Assembly: GCF_001194135.2 (NCBI RefSeq)
Contig: NC_068988.1
Span: 3,433,245 to 3,497,244, forward strand
From: Octopus bimaculoides
Taxonomy: Eukaryota
DNA length: 64,000 nt
Direction: 5' to 3'
Both the position numbers and the translations under genes were made by a program. Below are positions 1 through 12,733 of this stretch, piece after piece (the stretch's first letter is position 1; every line of letters begins with the position of its first letter). The notes beneath the pieces were generated by a model that saw only the letters and a program-made list of their open reading frames with translations, was not told the origin of the DNA and ran no database searches.

Positions 1-2
1 AA

Positions 3-140
3 GAAATCAATTGCAATGTGCAAATGAGGAGGCTGTGCTGGTACAGACGTGTAATGCACATGCAGGATGAATACTGCATACAAAAGTACTGAATGCTCCA
101 AGTTAGTGGCAGCTGTGAAGGAGGGAGTCTATAGAAGCTT
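3..140 (+). pseudogene. Degenerate RTE-clade LINE ORF C-terminus
   Basis: Frame from nt 3 reads EINCNVQMRRLCWYRRVMHMQDEYCIQKY*MLQVSGSCEGG. This parallels the cleaner copy at 52274 (ISCGVQERRLRWYGHVVRMEEDSCMKKCHTLTVEGTRGRG). Confidence 0.7.
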
Positions 141-255
141 ATCCTTTACTTATAGGGTACTCCTTTTGGGCCACTTGAATCATATTTTCTCACTAAATGC
201 TAAGTTCTTAATGTTATATGTGTAGATATTGATATGTATAAACATCTGTATAAAT

Positions 256-292
<37 letters not shown>

Positions 293-765
293 GTCTAATG
301 CATACATATGTACACAGGATTTTATTCTACTGCTACTACTGCTACTGACCTGTCCAACCATCCTAATTCCTTTCTCTGTCTCATCATTTAGACTCCATCA
401 CTACAATTGACACTCCTTAAAGCTTTATATCTCTCTCTCCATAACACCCCATTCATTCTATCTTTCTACATTCTATCTTTCTCTCACTTTCACCCTCATC
501 CTCCCCTTCCTACTTTCTTATTATATTCACTGACCATTCTGGTACATTTTCTCTTATCTCTATTTTGTATTTCTTTTTCCTTTCTTTTCTTTATTCCTTT
601 TATTATTTTCTTCTTCTTTTTTCTTCTATTTCCTCCCTCCCCCACTTTTTTTCTCTTCCTTTATTCTTCTCTTCCTGTTTTCGACCCTACTAATACATTC
701 CCTGCTTTTAGGTCACTTCAAACAGAACCCTTGATTCAATAACACTATATAAACTCTGTATTTGG

Positions 766-890
766 AATGACCAATTTCAAAGACTGTTGGATTTTACTCA
801 TAGGGTATTGGAATCTTAATAATGGATTTACAAAGGCAATGACCAATCTTAAAGACTATTGGATTTTACTCATAAGGTATTGGAATCTTA
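766..890. repeat. 72-bp-period tandem duplication
   Basis: aatgaccaatttcaaagactgttggattttactcatagggtattggaatctta at 766 recurs at 838 with few substitutions. Confidence 0.9.
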
Positions 891-1002
891 TATGTATACC
901 ATTCTGCCTAAACAATGGGTTTACAGATATAATATACCTGCATTCACTCTCTATTTCCTATCTTATCTAAATTAACTATTGCCTAACCATCCTCTCACAC
1001 CA

Positions 1003-1049
1003 TCTTCGATGAAGGGATATAATAAAAATGCTGGAAACAGCTGTAAGAC
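1003..1049 (+). ncRNA. Degenerate hammerhead-like motif
   Basis: tct-TCGATGA-a-ggg...ctg-GAAA-cagctg-TA-aga. The core has CT swapped to TC, stem III is palindromic (CAGCTG), the site is GTA, and stem II is poorly paired. Confidence 0.4.
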
Positions 1050-1139
1050 CTTCTATTTATAAATATTCTAAAATATACACAGCCTTGGTTTTTTATCTCA
1101 TCACGAAAAGTAGAACCTTATATTCACACACTGATACAT

Positions 1140-1270
1140 GACCTACGTTGGACCCCTTATTCGCATAATCACAGAACCTGGAGCTTAACTATGGTCTATC
1201 CATAGCACTTACTCAGCATTACCTGAAACCTCTGGGTCTAATTGACACCACTATCGCTCATAACCTATAT
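1140..1270 (+). repeat. Dispersed repeat, second copy at about 55347-55462
   Basis: acctacgttggaccccttattcgcataatcac...catagcacttactcagcattacctga...ctcataacctatat matches acctacattggactcctcatttgcataatcac...ctcataacctatat at 55.35 kb. Confidence 0.85.
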
Positions 1271-1301
1271 ATATATATAGGTTATGAGTGATAGATAGTG
1301 G

Positions 1302-1307
<6 letters not shown>

Positions 1308-1378
<71 letters not shown>
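1308..1378. repeat. (AAT)n microsatellite
   Basis: Direct reading of the sequence. Confidence 0.95.
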
Positions 1379-2805
1379 GTGACAACAAAAGATTGAGACC
1401 TCGATATTAGGTAAATAGAGGATATTTATATATTTATAATGCTCCGGCATTTGAAATTCTGAGTTCTATTATGGCAACTTTCTGATTGTTCTAAACTATA
1501 CATACATGTGTATATACACATATATATAAAGGAACATATTCTGATGATATCAAGAATTAATCCTATTGGAGTCACAAGAAAATGAACCAAATACAACTGA
1601 CAAAGTAGTCGGTGGCATAAAGGGTATCCAGCTGTGGATATCGAGTGAAATATGGCACACAGAGGCACCGGTCTATGAAAGCCAGTGACTGAAAATAAAA
1701 AATGATTTGGGTTATGGCAATTTATTCAACTCCAACAATTGTAGAAAGCAATTGTAAAATGATGATCTGATGCTGATGAGATGATGTGTATGTGTGTGTG
1801 AGAGAGAGTACATGAGTCTGCTTTTATGAGAAGCTGTGTATATATATGTGTGTGTGTGTGCGTGTGCGTGGGTGTGGGTGTGCGTGCGTTTAAGTATATA
1901 CATATATATATGCAAACACGTTTATCTATATGAATAGAAATACATGTACACACAAACACACACATGCATGATGTATGTAGGTAGGTAGGTAGGCATGTAT
2001 AGGCTGAAATCTTCAAAATCCATTCATTTATATACATACATTTTATACTTGCATAGTAAGAAGGTCATTATTTTTTATATACATTAACAGACACATTTAT
2101 AATTTATAGGTAACCCTGTATACACACATATCCATAAACATGGTATATGTTGTAGCAGTAAAATCTTTAAGATCAACAGCAACGCCGACCGGCTTCCCCA
2201 CCACCATCGATGACACCCCCACCAACCATCACCTCCACATTATGTTAATGTGTTTGTAGATAAAATACTTTCCTATACAGTAATAAGTAATTTTATTCCT
2301 TTTATGGTCATAATAAAATTTAGAAAAAGAGACCTGTTGGCATAAAGTAATTGATCATAAATTATGAAGGACGGAAGATAATTATTGTGAGGAGACATTC
2401 CCAACTGAAAGACTGACACAACAACCGTCTTGTGTGATTAGTGAAGTGTTTGCTCTGTTTACTTTTAGATTAGCATTGCTTCAATAGATTTATACTCAAA
2501 TAGTGTCCAACCATGATCATCTATTGTTAAATTCTGACAAAAGATAATGTAGTCTTTATTTTTAAACTTGGCTGGTTATGATTTGAGAGGCATTTGGTTG
2601 CTATTTTAAGCAGATTGAGTGGCTTTCTAGAGGCTACACGAGTGATATGATAATGCAGTGACTTGAAAGGATATTATTATCCAGCTGCAGTGTAATGGGT
2701 GCCATAGAAATACTGTTGTCATCTAGAGGCTCACATAGGTCATAGCAGGTCACTCAAGAAAGAAAACAACTTTCTGTAATATTCATGCTTTATCAAGATC
2801 ATTAA

Positions 2806-3030
2806 TTAACCCTTTTGTTACCATATTTCTGTTGAAATATGCTTTGTTTCAATTAATTTTGAAAATAATGAAGGATTTAGTGAAATAATGTTGTCATTGT
2901 TAAGATGCAGTTTGAGACATAAATTAACATGAAATTTTTATGGAAGATTTTAATCCAAACCCTCTCAAAACAAGGGGTTTATATCATAGAACTAGAATGG
3001 TCTCAAGCAAGTTGGCTTTCACCAAGAATT
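2806..3030 (+). mobile_element. TTAA-starting MITE, 3'-degenerate copy
   Basis: Begins ttaacccttttgttacc. The body is similar to the complete copy at 9820-10046 and to a partial copy near 63910-64000. Confidence 0.55.
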
Positions 3031-3492
3031 GAAGCTGTATTCTACCTTTCATCCATTGAGAGCTTAAACTATCTCTGACCACCTACTATGTACGTATAGT
3101 GATTAGGTTATTTCATTCATCCCATGGGAGGGGTGTACCATTATTATTAATCCCTTACAACCCTAGTGCATCCAATGCCTGTTGGATTCAAGCCAAAAAT
3201 ATATTTGGTGACATAATTTCAAGAAATTATAAAGCAACTGAAAAGTTGTTGTCTGCAACACTAAAGAAATTGACGGATGAACGGGCAGATAATCAATGGG
3301 TGGGCTGAATTCACACCCATTGACCAACAAATAATGATCAAATGGATAGAGAACTGAAATACCAATTCATCAGTCCTGAGTTCAAGTTAGGAGCAAGCAC
3401 TTTGTATTTCTTATTGTGTACTTAGTCATACACCTTCCCTTAGATTTAGCTATTTGAATCAGGGGCCAGGTTATGTGATGATTTATATACAT

Positions 3493-3650
3493 GAGTGGCT
3501 GTGTGGTAAGTAGCTTGCTTACCAACCACATGGTTCTGGGTTCAGTCCCACTGCATGGCACCTTGGGCAAGTGTCTTCGACTATAGCCTCGGGCTGACCA
3601 AAGCCTTGTGAGTGGATTTAGGAGACGGAAACTGAAAGAAGCCCGTCGTA

Positions 3651-3709
<59 letters not shown>

Positions 3710-3920
3710 TTGTGTGTTTGTGTTTGTCCCCCCACCATCGCTTGACAACCGATGCTGGTGTGTTTACGTCCCCGTAACTTAACGGTTCGGCAAAAACAGA
3801 CCGATAAAATAAGTACTAGGTTTACAAAGAATAAGTCCTGGGGTCGATTTTCTTGACTAAAGGCGGTGCTCCAGCATGGCCACAGTCAAATGACTGAAAC
3901 AAGTAAAAGAGTAAAAGAGA
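3493..3920 (+). mobile_element. tRNA-derived SINE (family B, abundant octopus-type), near full length
   Basis: Head gagtggctgtgtggtaag...gggttcagtccc with A/B-box-like motifs, internal (TA)/(TG) run, tail gtcaaatgactgaaacaagtaaaaga. At least 8 related copies occur in the window. Confidence 0.9.
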
Positions 3921-4097
3921 GTATGTTCACTCATACACACACACACACACACACACATATGTTCATACATGTATACCTATATTGGTTTGTGTTCATATTA
4001 GTTCTTACATACATTCACATGGACGAATAGAGGAACAGGCTCCACTCTCACATGTCTATCCATGTGTGTCCACAGAGAGTCTTTCATACAAGGAATA

Positions 4098-4450
4098 ACA
4101 TATCAGTGATTGCTTATGGTGACATGCACAAATACATGGAAATTTGCGTGCAATAAGATACAATTTCAACATCATACTATGCAGTTAGTTCAAACAATAA
4201 AGACATTGTCTGTATATACACATTCATTGATTAATCGGTTAATTACTATTCTATTGTGAAAATTTAAATCTCAGTCTAAGTTTGCATATCATCAGTCTTA
4301 CAGCACACCTGTTAACTACCTGTCCTTTGCTCAGTAAAATGCATGTGGTGATATGCATAAGGACATGGAAATGTGCATACATTTAAGTACAATTTCTATA
4401 TCATACTATACAGTAGGTTCTGAAAATAAAGACATTATACATATCATTAA
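4098..4450. mobile_element. Rearranged terminal fragments of a Penelope-like element
   Basis: 4240-4345 resembles 5130-5250, the end of the GIY-YIG ORF. 4120-4210 and 4345-4435 are direct repeats ending in aataaagacatt. Confidence 0.55.
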
Positions 4451-4955
4451 CAATTATGTCAGTGTATATGTACTGGGAGAGATTTAGCTAGCTAACCATT
4501 AATATTTACAATTCTTAATTATTCATTTATTTATTCATTTTTTTTTTATGCTGCAGTAAATGGGAGAGTCACTGATTCCATAACTGAATGCAACAAAACT
4601 TTGTAGTGTTGGGACCTGTCAGTGAACTATCTCTTCCTATCTGTGGCATCTGAGACATTTGGAGGGAGTGTGCCACTAACGGCAAAGTTATTGTCATTGT
4701 TGGCAGCACTAAGGTGTCAGGTGATGCCGATGAGGGTGTTTAGCTTTTCCAATGCCTTCGCCTCACCATTACCAGTGGTAATGCCATGAGTGTGTTGGCT
4801 TGCTTCAGTAGGTTCCATTCAACCTTTTGGTGTGTGACCAATTGAAGCACTCAGGGTTGCACTGATGTGTTTTTTCTTTCTCACTTTCTTCTTTTGCTTT
4901 TCATTTTCTTTGCCTTCCTTTTGTACTATATATATATATATCATATGCATACATA

Positions 4956-5104
4956 TGGTTGATGTTAGGAAGGGCATCCAGCTGTAGAAACCTTGCCAGG
5001 TCAGATTGGAGCCTGTTGCAGACTCCTGGCTTGCCAGCCCTCAGTCAAACCATCCAACCCATACCAGCATGGACAGTGGATGTTAACCGACGATGATGAT
5101 GATG
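4956..5104 (+). mobile_element. RTE-derived 3' tail / short retroposon
   Basis: ttaggaagggcatccagctgtagaaa...ccagcatggacagtggatgttaaccgacgatgatgat is the same tail that ends the RTE fragment at 52274-53026. Confidence 0.85.
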
Positions 5105-5129
5105 TTATACATGAAATAAGATTTGTAGA

Positions 5130-6290
5130 ACATAATTACTCTAATCGTAATGTGAAAATGTGAATCTCAGTTTATGTTTGCATTTTATTATTCTTTCAGA
5201 GAATAATTATCTTTAATTACCTCTTCATTGCTCAGTAAAATGCATAGTGATTCCTGTGAGCATAATCTGCACTCTTGAGAGAAGGCATCATATGGGTGTG
5301 CATGCTTTTATTATTGACCAATTTAAAGTATATTTTACTCCATCCGCCTTTAATTTCCATAGAAGGTCAGCTAATGATGTTGAATGTCTCTAATTGATTT
5401 TGTTGAAACTAGCAGTGTGATTTCGATATTGATTTTTAAAAGGATCAGCAGAAGCACCTATATAGATATATGGGTCTCCCCTTGTTCGCGCTGTGCATCT
5501 GTATATCAGGCATGCATCAGTTCTGCAAAAAACATTGTGTTTTTTCTCTACAAGTGCATTTGTTGTTTTGTGCACAATTATGTTTGTTATTCTCCTTTTT
5601 CATTCCATTTCTAGTGTTTGTTCTGTCATTTCCCCTATTATTACATGGCCCTAACTGGTTCTCATTAAATTGATTCCTGCTGTAATTAGTGTCATTAGTG
5701 TTAACATTTTTGGTATATCCACTGTTGGTGGTATTTATACTGTGTCTTTTTATGCTATTACTTTCATTGTAACTATTAGAGATTAGTTGGCTTCTTCCTT
5801 CCCTATTATCCAAGTCCTTGGTAAATAAACTGTCTTTTATTATACGTTCACTAGCTTTATTATTGAACTCCTTATTCAGTTTCCTATTGTTAATTCTACG
5901 TAAATGGTGGTCTAAGTTACTAGAGTTCTCATATGATACCTTCACAGTGTGCCTGTTAAATATTTTGTGTTATTTATTGGATTTAGGAAAACATCCAATA
6001 AAGACTTCCTTTCCAATCCTCAATGATATATGTGATCCGTAGAAAGGGTCGTCTCACAGAACATTGTTTCTTTTTATATCTTTTGTTCAGTCTGTTGCTT
6101 CTAATGCTGGATGTGAGAGTGTGGCTTGTTAATGAGTTGTATTAATCTCCTATTTTACTGTTCTTTATAAGCAGCTTCCATTTTAGTTTTGTAACTTTTC
6201 ATTTCTTATTCATGGCTTATTCAGATCCTCGCCATCAGCCCTGTGGTTGTGTCTGTGTGTTCCTATGTAGAGTTTAGCTGTCTTAATATT
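5130..6290 (-). pseudogene. Penelope-like retroelement relic (RT C-terminus, linker, GIY-YIG endonuclease)
   Basis: The minus strand reads RIGKEVFIGCFPKSNK*HKIFNRHTVKVSY, then CTCREKTQCFLQ, CLIYRC...PYIYIGASADPFKNQYRNHTASF, STSLADLLWKLK...LNWSII and ECRLCSQE. These match PLE thumb, Zn-linker and GIY-YIG motifs, with stops and frameshifts. Confidence 0.88.
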
Positions 6291-6689
6291 TTGGCTATTA
6301 GAATTAAACATATTACTATTGTACATATATTTTATTTCTTCTAATTGAAACAAGTTAAATGGAGACTAAAAAAAACAAGGTACCTTTTGACAAGTCACCT
6401 GACAAAATACATCTGCACCAATGATGCACCACAACTATTTGTACAATATTTCACTCGCAAGGTACTGGTGCACAATGGATCAAAACAATCATAATGAATA
6501 ATAAAAAGTCTCATGAATACCCTTTCCTTTCTCTCATATTTTATATATATATATAATGTATGCGTGTGTGTGTATGTGCAATGATTGTGTATGAAGTGTA
6601 ATGCTGTACAATAGGGAAACATTTTGTTTGATGTGGCAGTTGGGAAGAAATGAAACAAAACTACTTCATTGGACAGAGTAATAGTTGTG

Positions 6690-6990
6690 TAGCTGAGTGA
6701 GAGAGCAACAATGAGATGAAGAAAAGACTGACTTTAAGAATTAATTAAGTGCCGTGTGTAGAAGAGAAGACTGCAAGTAAATAGATGAAGACAGCCAGTT
6801 TAAGAAGCACCAGGTAAATTAAACGGAAGGATTATGACAGAGAGAAAGATCATGGAAAACATGGGAAGAAGTGACAAAAGAGAAAGCTAACTTTATTAAA
6901 GGTTGAACTTCACCGAGGAGATGATAAATGACCACAGTATATAGTAAAAGATTGTCGCAGGAAAGATAGGCCAACTCAAGCATGCTTAGA
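6690..6990 (+). mobile_element. Highly degenerate RTE 3' ORF end
   Basis: gatcatggaaaacatgggaagaagtgacaaaa (SWKTWEEVTK) and ttcaccgaggagatgataaatgacc parallel RPRKTWEEVV...LTEEM. Confidence 0.45.
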
Positions 6991-7004
6991 AAAGAGAACA
7001 TAGG

Positions 7005-7270
7005 TTGTTGGTGGTGGTGGTGGTGGTGGTGGTGAGTGATGATGAGGAGGAGGAGGAGGAAGAGGAAGATGCTTATGACGAGGATGATAATGAGGATGTC
7101 AATGCAGTGGACAGGGACAATAATAATGACAATGATGATAAGGAGGACAGCAATTGTGATGACAATACTATCAATGATGAACCCGATGAGTGTGACTGTG
7201 ACGCTAATATGAATACCAACATTACTGACAGTGATGAAAAAGATCCTGATGATGATGACGACAACAATGA
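7005..7270. repeat. Compound degenerate trinucleotide array (GGT/GAG/GAT/GAC)
   Basis: Direct reading. It produces a spurious D/E-rich ORF. Confidence 0.85.
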
Positions 7271-9405
7271 TGGTGGATCTCTGCACATTTCCCATACAAG
7301 TAAGTTACTAGTTAACCATAGACTACTACAGAATACACTTGCTCAAGGCGCCACCTAGTGGATCAAGTCTAGAACCAATAGTTATAATGTGAACTTCTTA
7401 ATCACAGTCATACCTCAGGCTGAGTTAGGCAGGTGTCTTATCCAGGGGGAATTTTATCTCTCATCCATTTAACTTAATGCAATAAAGACAGTATTAATCA
7501 TTATTCCATACAATCTGGTTAACATTCACTTTTACATTTCATTTCTAGTCCATAAAATTTGACAATAGCTTTATGCAAACACTAACTGAAGAGAAGTGAA
7601 GGAAAAATAAGGTTTGCACCATAAAATACTCATGTATGTTTTGGCATAAACACAGGGCAATTGTTTGATAAAATGGGGAAGGTCCGTCAACCAGTTTCCG
7701 ACTGTGGATGCATAAAATCCACAACAAATTTGTTTTGGTTTGTATAGGAAATTATTGTCCTCCTGCTGTAAAAACTTTGTTGTTTCTTCTTTTGTTATGT
7801 AGTATTATTGCATGAAATCTCAACTAAAAGGTTGAAATTGTTGTAATGTTGTGAAGCTAGGTTAGGCTAGGATGAGTTTTGGTTTTGTTGTTATGTCACA
7901 GTGGTAACACTTAGAAAAGGGAACTAAACATTTATTACTTTTGTGCAATAAAGAAAGCTTAATAGAAAGTAAATCATACAAGCTGAATTATATTTATTTC
8001 TCTATATTTTGTTGACAGTATTGACTTTTTTTTCCTTTCTTTCTTCCTCTTCACTTTCAGAGAAAAAAGTTGGGGTGGAGAAACACCAAACAAAAGAAAC
8101 AATGCATCATTTCTTCAAATTTTCTTCAGGGTAGATATATATTTGTTATTTTGTACAAATAATTTCCTTTGCAAATACATTGTCCCATATTAAACGGAAG
8201 CTTGTAGGAAGTTATCTGAGTCATTCTCCGACTGAATATATTTCAGACGTTTTGATAAATAGATTTCTGCAAGAAAATTAATTGATTCTCAGTCTCATCT
8301 GTGTTAATAGTTTAGCAAGAAAGAAGAATGTCTCTTATAATCTGTTGAAAACAAACATGGTAAAGAAGGGAAGAATGGTAATAGAAAGATAAATGTCCAC
8401 CGTGTATACAGTATTTTGTTAGTGTAGCTTTTGTATTTCTTTCTTTTCACTCTACTTTCTTTCTCTTCTTTATAGAATCATGCATAAATTCACACATTCA
8501 TACAGGATTGTTTGCTTTTCTTCTTTCTCTTGTGTTACATTTATTTTCCCAGCAAGCAGGTTTTGTTGCATTTATTGTTTTTAGTCATATCTTTGGCATC
8601 TTACCACTAACCACTCAAGCATGAAGTAGGAATGGTATCTGTTTCCACTGAAACAAAATAAGGTGAATAAAGTTACATGTCTTGCCTACAAGCAAAGAAT
8701 CTAGTACGGTTTAAATGGATAATTATGATTATTAGTCAGACTCTATCATTTTAATGCAACGCCATTGGAATACTTATATTAACTTGTCAGCTTTAACCTT
8801 TTCCAAAAGGAAAACCAAGTTAAGTCAATAAAATGTGGAAGCACAAGGCAAAGATTTGATGGCTTGTATCAGTTGCCTCTGTTTTGGCTTAAGGCCAACG
8901 TTTCTTAACTTTTGCTGATCCCATATTACACCATTCACAATTATGTAACACAGTCTGGTAGACACTGTCGCTGGAAGATAATAATTTGCAGTTTACTAAT
9001 CTTCAGTATTGAGTTCAATATCTCCAGTGTGTATAGAGAAAAATGGACTCTGTATATATATACACTACATGCTCTGCATTAATACGCAGCAACAAAGTTA
9101 TCTTACATATGCCATCTGTCTCACCAATGAATGTCTGTCTCATCATGACTATTGGTTAAAAAGAAATCTACAGGAAATAAGAGCAAAGGGTTAATAAGAT
9201 ATGACATGGCTTTGGTTACTCAGAGGTCTTGAATTCAATTCTGATTCGAGTGTTTTCATGCTTATTTGGGAATTAGCCTTAATTCTATGCTTGCTTCTAT
9301 AACCAGTAGTCTATGTGATATCTTCAGAACCCCACCAAAGATCTATATCACTTATAACTACTTAATTAGAAATGCTAACTGCTTGTGTATTCAGCATATT
9401 TCATA

Positions 9406-9785
9406 GCACTCCATTGGTTATGACGATGAGGGTTCCAGTTGATGCGATCAATGGAACAGCCTGCTCATGAAATTAATGTGCAAGTGGCTGAGCATTCCAC
9501 AGACACACGTACCTGTAATGTAGTTCTTGGGGGAGATTCAGCGTGACAGAGTGTGTGACAAGGCTGGCCTTTGAAATACAGGTACAAGAGAAACAGGAAG
9601 AGAGAGTGAGAAAAAGTTGTGGTGAAAGAGTACAGCAGGGTTCACCACCATCCTCTGCCGGAGCCTCGTGGAGCTTTTAGGTGCTTTTGCTCATTAAACA
9701 CTCACAACGCCCGGTCTGGGTATTGAAACCGCAATCCTATGACCGCGAGTCCGCTGCCCCAACCACTGGGCCATTGTGCCTCCAC
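9406..9785 (-). mobile_element. tRNA-derived SINE (family C)
   Basis: Reverse-complement head gtggaggcacaatggcccagtggttggggcagcggactcgcggtcataggattgcggtttcaatacc. A closely similar second copy lies at 24634-25020. Confidence 0.9.
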
Positions 9786-9819
9786 ATTCAACATATACTA
9801 AGGTCACCAAGAACAAAGT

Positions 9820-10046
9820 TTAACCGTCTTATTACTTTATTACAATTGAAATATAATGTCTTCGTTGCAATTAATTTTTAGAATAACCAAGGATTTAGTA
9901 AAATAACTTTGCCATTATTATGCTGGTGATTTGAATATAAATTAACATTTTCAGGAAAGATTTAAATTCAGGTCACTTTAAAAGAAATTTTGCATTATGG
10001 AACAAAGGTTTGTCTCAGGTGGGTGGGCGGGTGTGAAAAGGGTTAA
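9820..10046. mobile_element. piggyBac-like MITE (TTAA at both ends)
   Basis: TTAA-ccgtctt at the left end and aaaaggg-TTAA at the right end, with an AT-rich non-coding interior shared with the 2806 copy. Confidence 0.65.
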
Positions 10047-11180
10047 AGAGTGCAGTTAATGAGAGCTGATATAAAACATAGTTAAAAATATTCTCTATAC
10101 AGAAAAGCCAATATTAGATCCATCTATACCATTCCTGACACTGACAAATTCTCCACAATGTCTTCAAAAATATATAAAATTCTTACAAACCCATGGCTTA
10201 AATATTCCGATGGGCCTTCAATCAGGGTGTTATTAAAACAATGTATATGAGTTGAAGGATTACTTGATTTTGCATCAGAACATATTAATAACCTTGCTCC
10301 TAATCAAGATTATGGTTTGATTCATAAAGGGAATAATGAGAAAAGTATTTTATTGGAGGAAAGATGAGGAATTCGTGAATTTCAAAAGCTGTCCTAAACT
10401 GGTCAGGTTAGATCAGTTGATGATTTTTTGAGACAACTGTTAAAACGTGAGAACGAATTTCAGAGGAACGGTGTACTCACTGCTATCACCATCCCGACAT
10501 CACCACCACCATTGTCATCTTTATCATCATCATCATCATCAACAACAACAATAACACAATATGTTTAAGGATTTTTAAAAGATATTTTGTGTTAAGAAAG
10601 GTTTGCATTGCTGTAATTCCACCAAATTTTCCTTTTCCACCCCTCTTTTTCTCTCCTTTTCTTTCTGCTCCTTCCCCACTCCTCTCTCTCTCTCTCTTTC
10701 TTTCTCCATTGTCAGATCTTTTGTTTATCTGCTTTCAGATTAATCCCACACATAAAGAGATATGTGGTTAAGTCATTATTCAAAAAAAAAAAGACACAAC
10801 CAACTTTTCAACATTTTTCATGACAAGTGTATTCTGTGAGAAATTATTTAACAAATACATCATTCTTTGGAGAATATTGCAACCGAGTTCCTTTAATCTC
10901 TGGGAGATAATGGAAAAGAAATTATTATTTAAGCCTCTCTATGGCTGCAACATTTCCACATAAAAAATTTAATGAATTTTTCTTTTCTGTTCACTTACTG
11001 TTTCTAAACTTACATAATTGCACCTAAAATGCCATACTTCATATCCATAGACAGGGGGGGGGGATATTAAAACTTTCTTTTTGTCTTTTCTATGCAAAGA
11101 ATTATGCATCCATTCATATCAGAAGTAATGATGATGATGATGATGGTGAGCCTGAAGAAGATGGTGGTGGTGGTGCTATA

Positions 11181-11323
11181 AAGAAGAAGAAGAAGCAGAA
11201 GAAGAAGAAGAAGAAGAAGAAGAAGAAGAAGAAGAAGAAGAAGAAGAAGAAGAAGAAGAAGAAGAAGAAGAAGAAGAAGAAGAAGAAGAAGAAGAAGAAG
11301 AAGAAGAAGAAGAAGAAGAAGAA
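11181..11323. repeat. (GAA)~47 microsatellite within a compound GAT/GGT array spanning 11120-11720
   Basis: Direct reading; one GCA interruption. Confidence 0.97.
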
Positions 11324-12116
11324 GGTGGTGGTGGTGGTGGTGGTGGTGGTGATGCCGATAATAACAATGACAACGATGATGATGTTCGTCACCATCATGA
11401 TGACCGAGATTATGATTACGGATGGTAATGATATCGGTGATGATGAAGGTGGCAATGGTAGTAGTGACGACGATGACGATGATGACAACGATAACGATGA
11501 CCATGATATCTATGATAAAGTGTGGGGGGGGGGAGGAATATTGGGACGATGTTAGCCATGCCAATGGGAATGCTGATTATGATGGTAAAATGCCAATAGT
11601 GACCTCAGCAAAGACCACAAGGATGATTAGTATGGCAGAGATGATGGTCATTGCCATAATCATCGTCATCATCATCATCATTATAGCTATTGATTATGAT
11701 GATGAGGTTATTATTGGTGGAAGAACTGCAGAAAGATGGGCATTTAATCTTCATTCCTTGTACACTAAGTCCAAATAATGTTATTTAGTTCCTGACCAAT
11801 ATTAATGTCAACTAACCTATATGTAAGCATAGCTATCATTGTAGAACTTCCTTCCTGTAAGTGCCACAGAGACATAAAAGGAAGTTGAAAACATGCAGAC
11901 ATTATAATATCACTATTTAGGTGAAGAATCACATCATTGGATCAAGTTAAGGAAATACAACAATCACAGATTTATTTCTTTTCTTTTCTTCGAAATTCCT
12001 TTTTCCTAAGTGACTTTCCCAAGAATGCTATGATACCGAATTCCATTGAAATTGCAACAGTGAAAAAACAGCTTGCTAAACGATTCCTAGAAAGGTTTCT
12101 CTGATCTATCTTTCAG

Positions 12117-12155
12117 GAGACGCACCATTCTTATTTAATCTAGAAACAGAATGAG
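12117..12155 (+). other. Candidate non-coding exon
   Basis: Acceptor tttctctgatctatctttcag and donor GAG|gtaaga. The 39 nt have stops in all three frames. Confidence 0.25.
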
Positions 12156-12699
12156 GTAAGAACTGAACAGTCTACATGATTCAATTTCAAGAATCAGTTT
12201 TTTTTTTTCCCGTTTATTGTTTTCTTTATTTAGGTTATACATCTGCTTATTTCAATAATGCAAAGTGATTCTGTAAGATTATGGCAATAAAACAATGAGT
12301 TATTGGCATTGAAGACAATATCAATACAATGAATGTAATGTAATCAGCTAAATATTTTCTGTAAGAAATAAAATGCGATGATATTCAATGTCATTATTAA
12401 ATTTATATTTTGTCTTTTTTATTTCCATAGTATTTCAGTTGTTATATTTTCTGAATGTCTTCTATAAGAACACTGCATCAAACTACTTGGCTCTGTTGGT
12501 TCCTTGCCAGCAAATTGTTGGCAACATACAAGTTATGTACCAATCTATGATGAAAAACTTAAATTGGCAAAAGATAAGTCTAATCCTGATATTTTAGTTA
12601 GAATGCATCAACGAAAATCATGAAGATTATTAGAGAATATTAAAACAAAATATAAAATCACAAAGAGTATTCAGACAAAGTGCATGCAAAAAGTAGTAC

Positions 12700-12733
<34 letters not shown>

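Noticed and set aside
407-742. Hydrophobic F/L-rich ORF
   Set aside because: It comes from pyrimidine-rich low-complexity DNA.
4270-4300. Minus-strand CTGATGA in the PLE terminal duplicate
   Set aside because: It aligns to the coding end of the GIY-YIG ORF and lacks hammerhead stems.
7005-7358. Acidic D/E-rich 117-aa ORF
   Set aside because: It is a degenerate GAT/GAC array ending in a SINE fragment, with no splice or domain support.
11067-11778. Poly-L/F/S/H/V ORFs
   Set aside because: These are translations of trinucleotide microsatellites.
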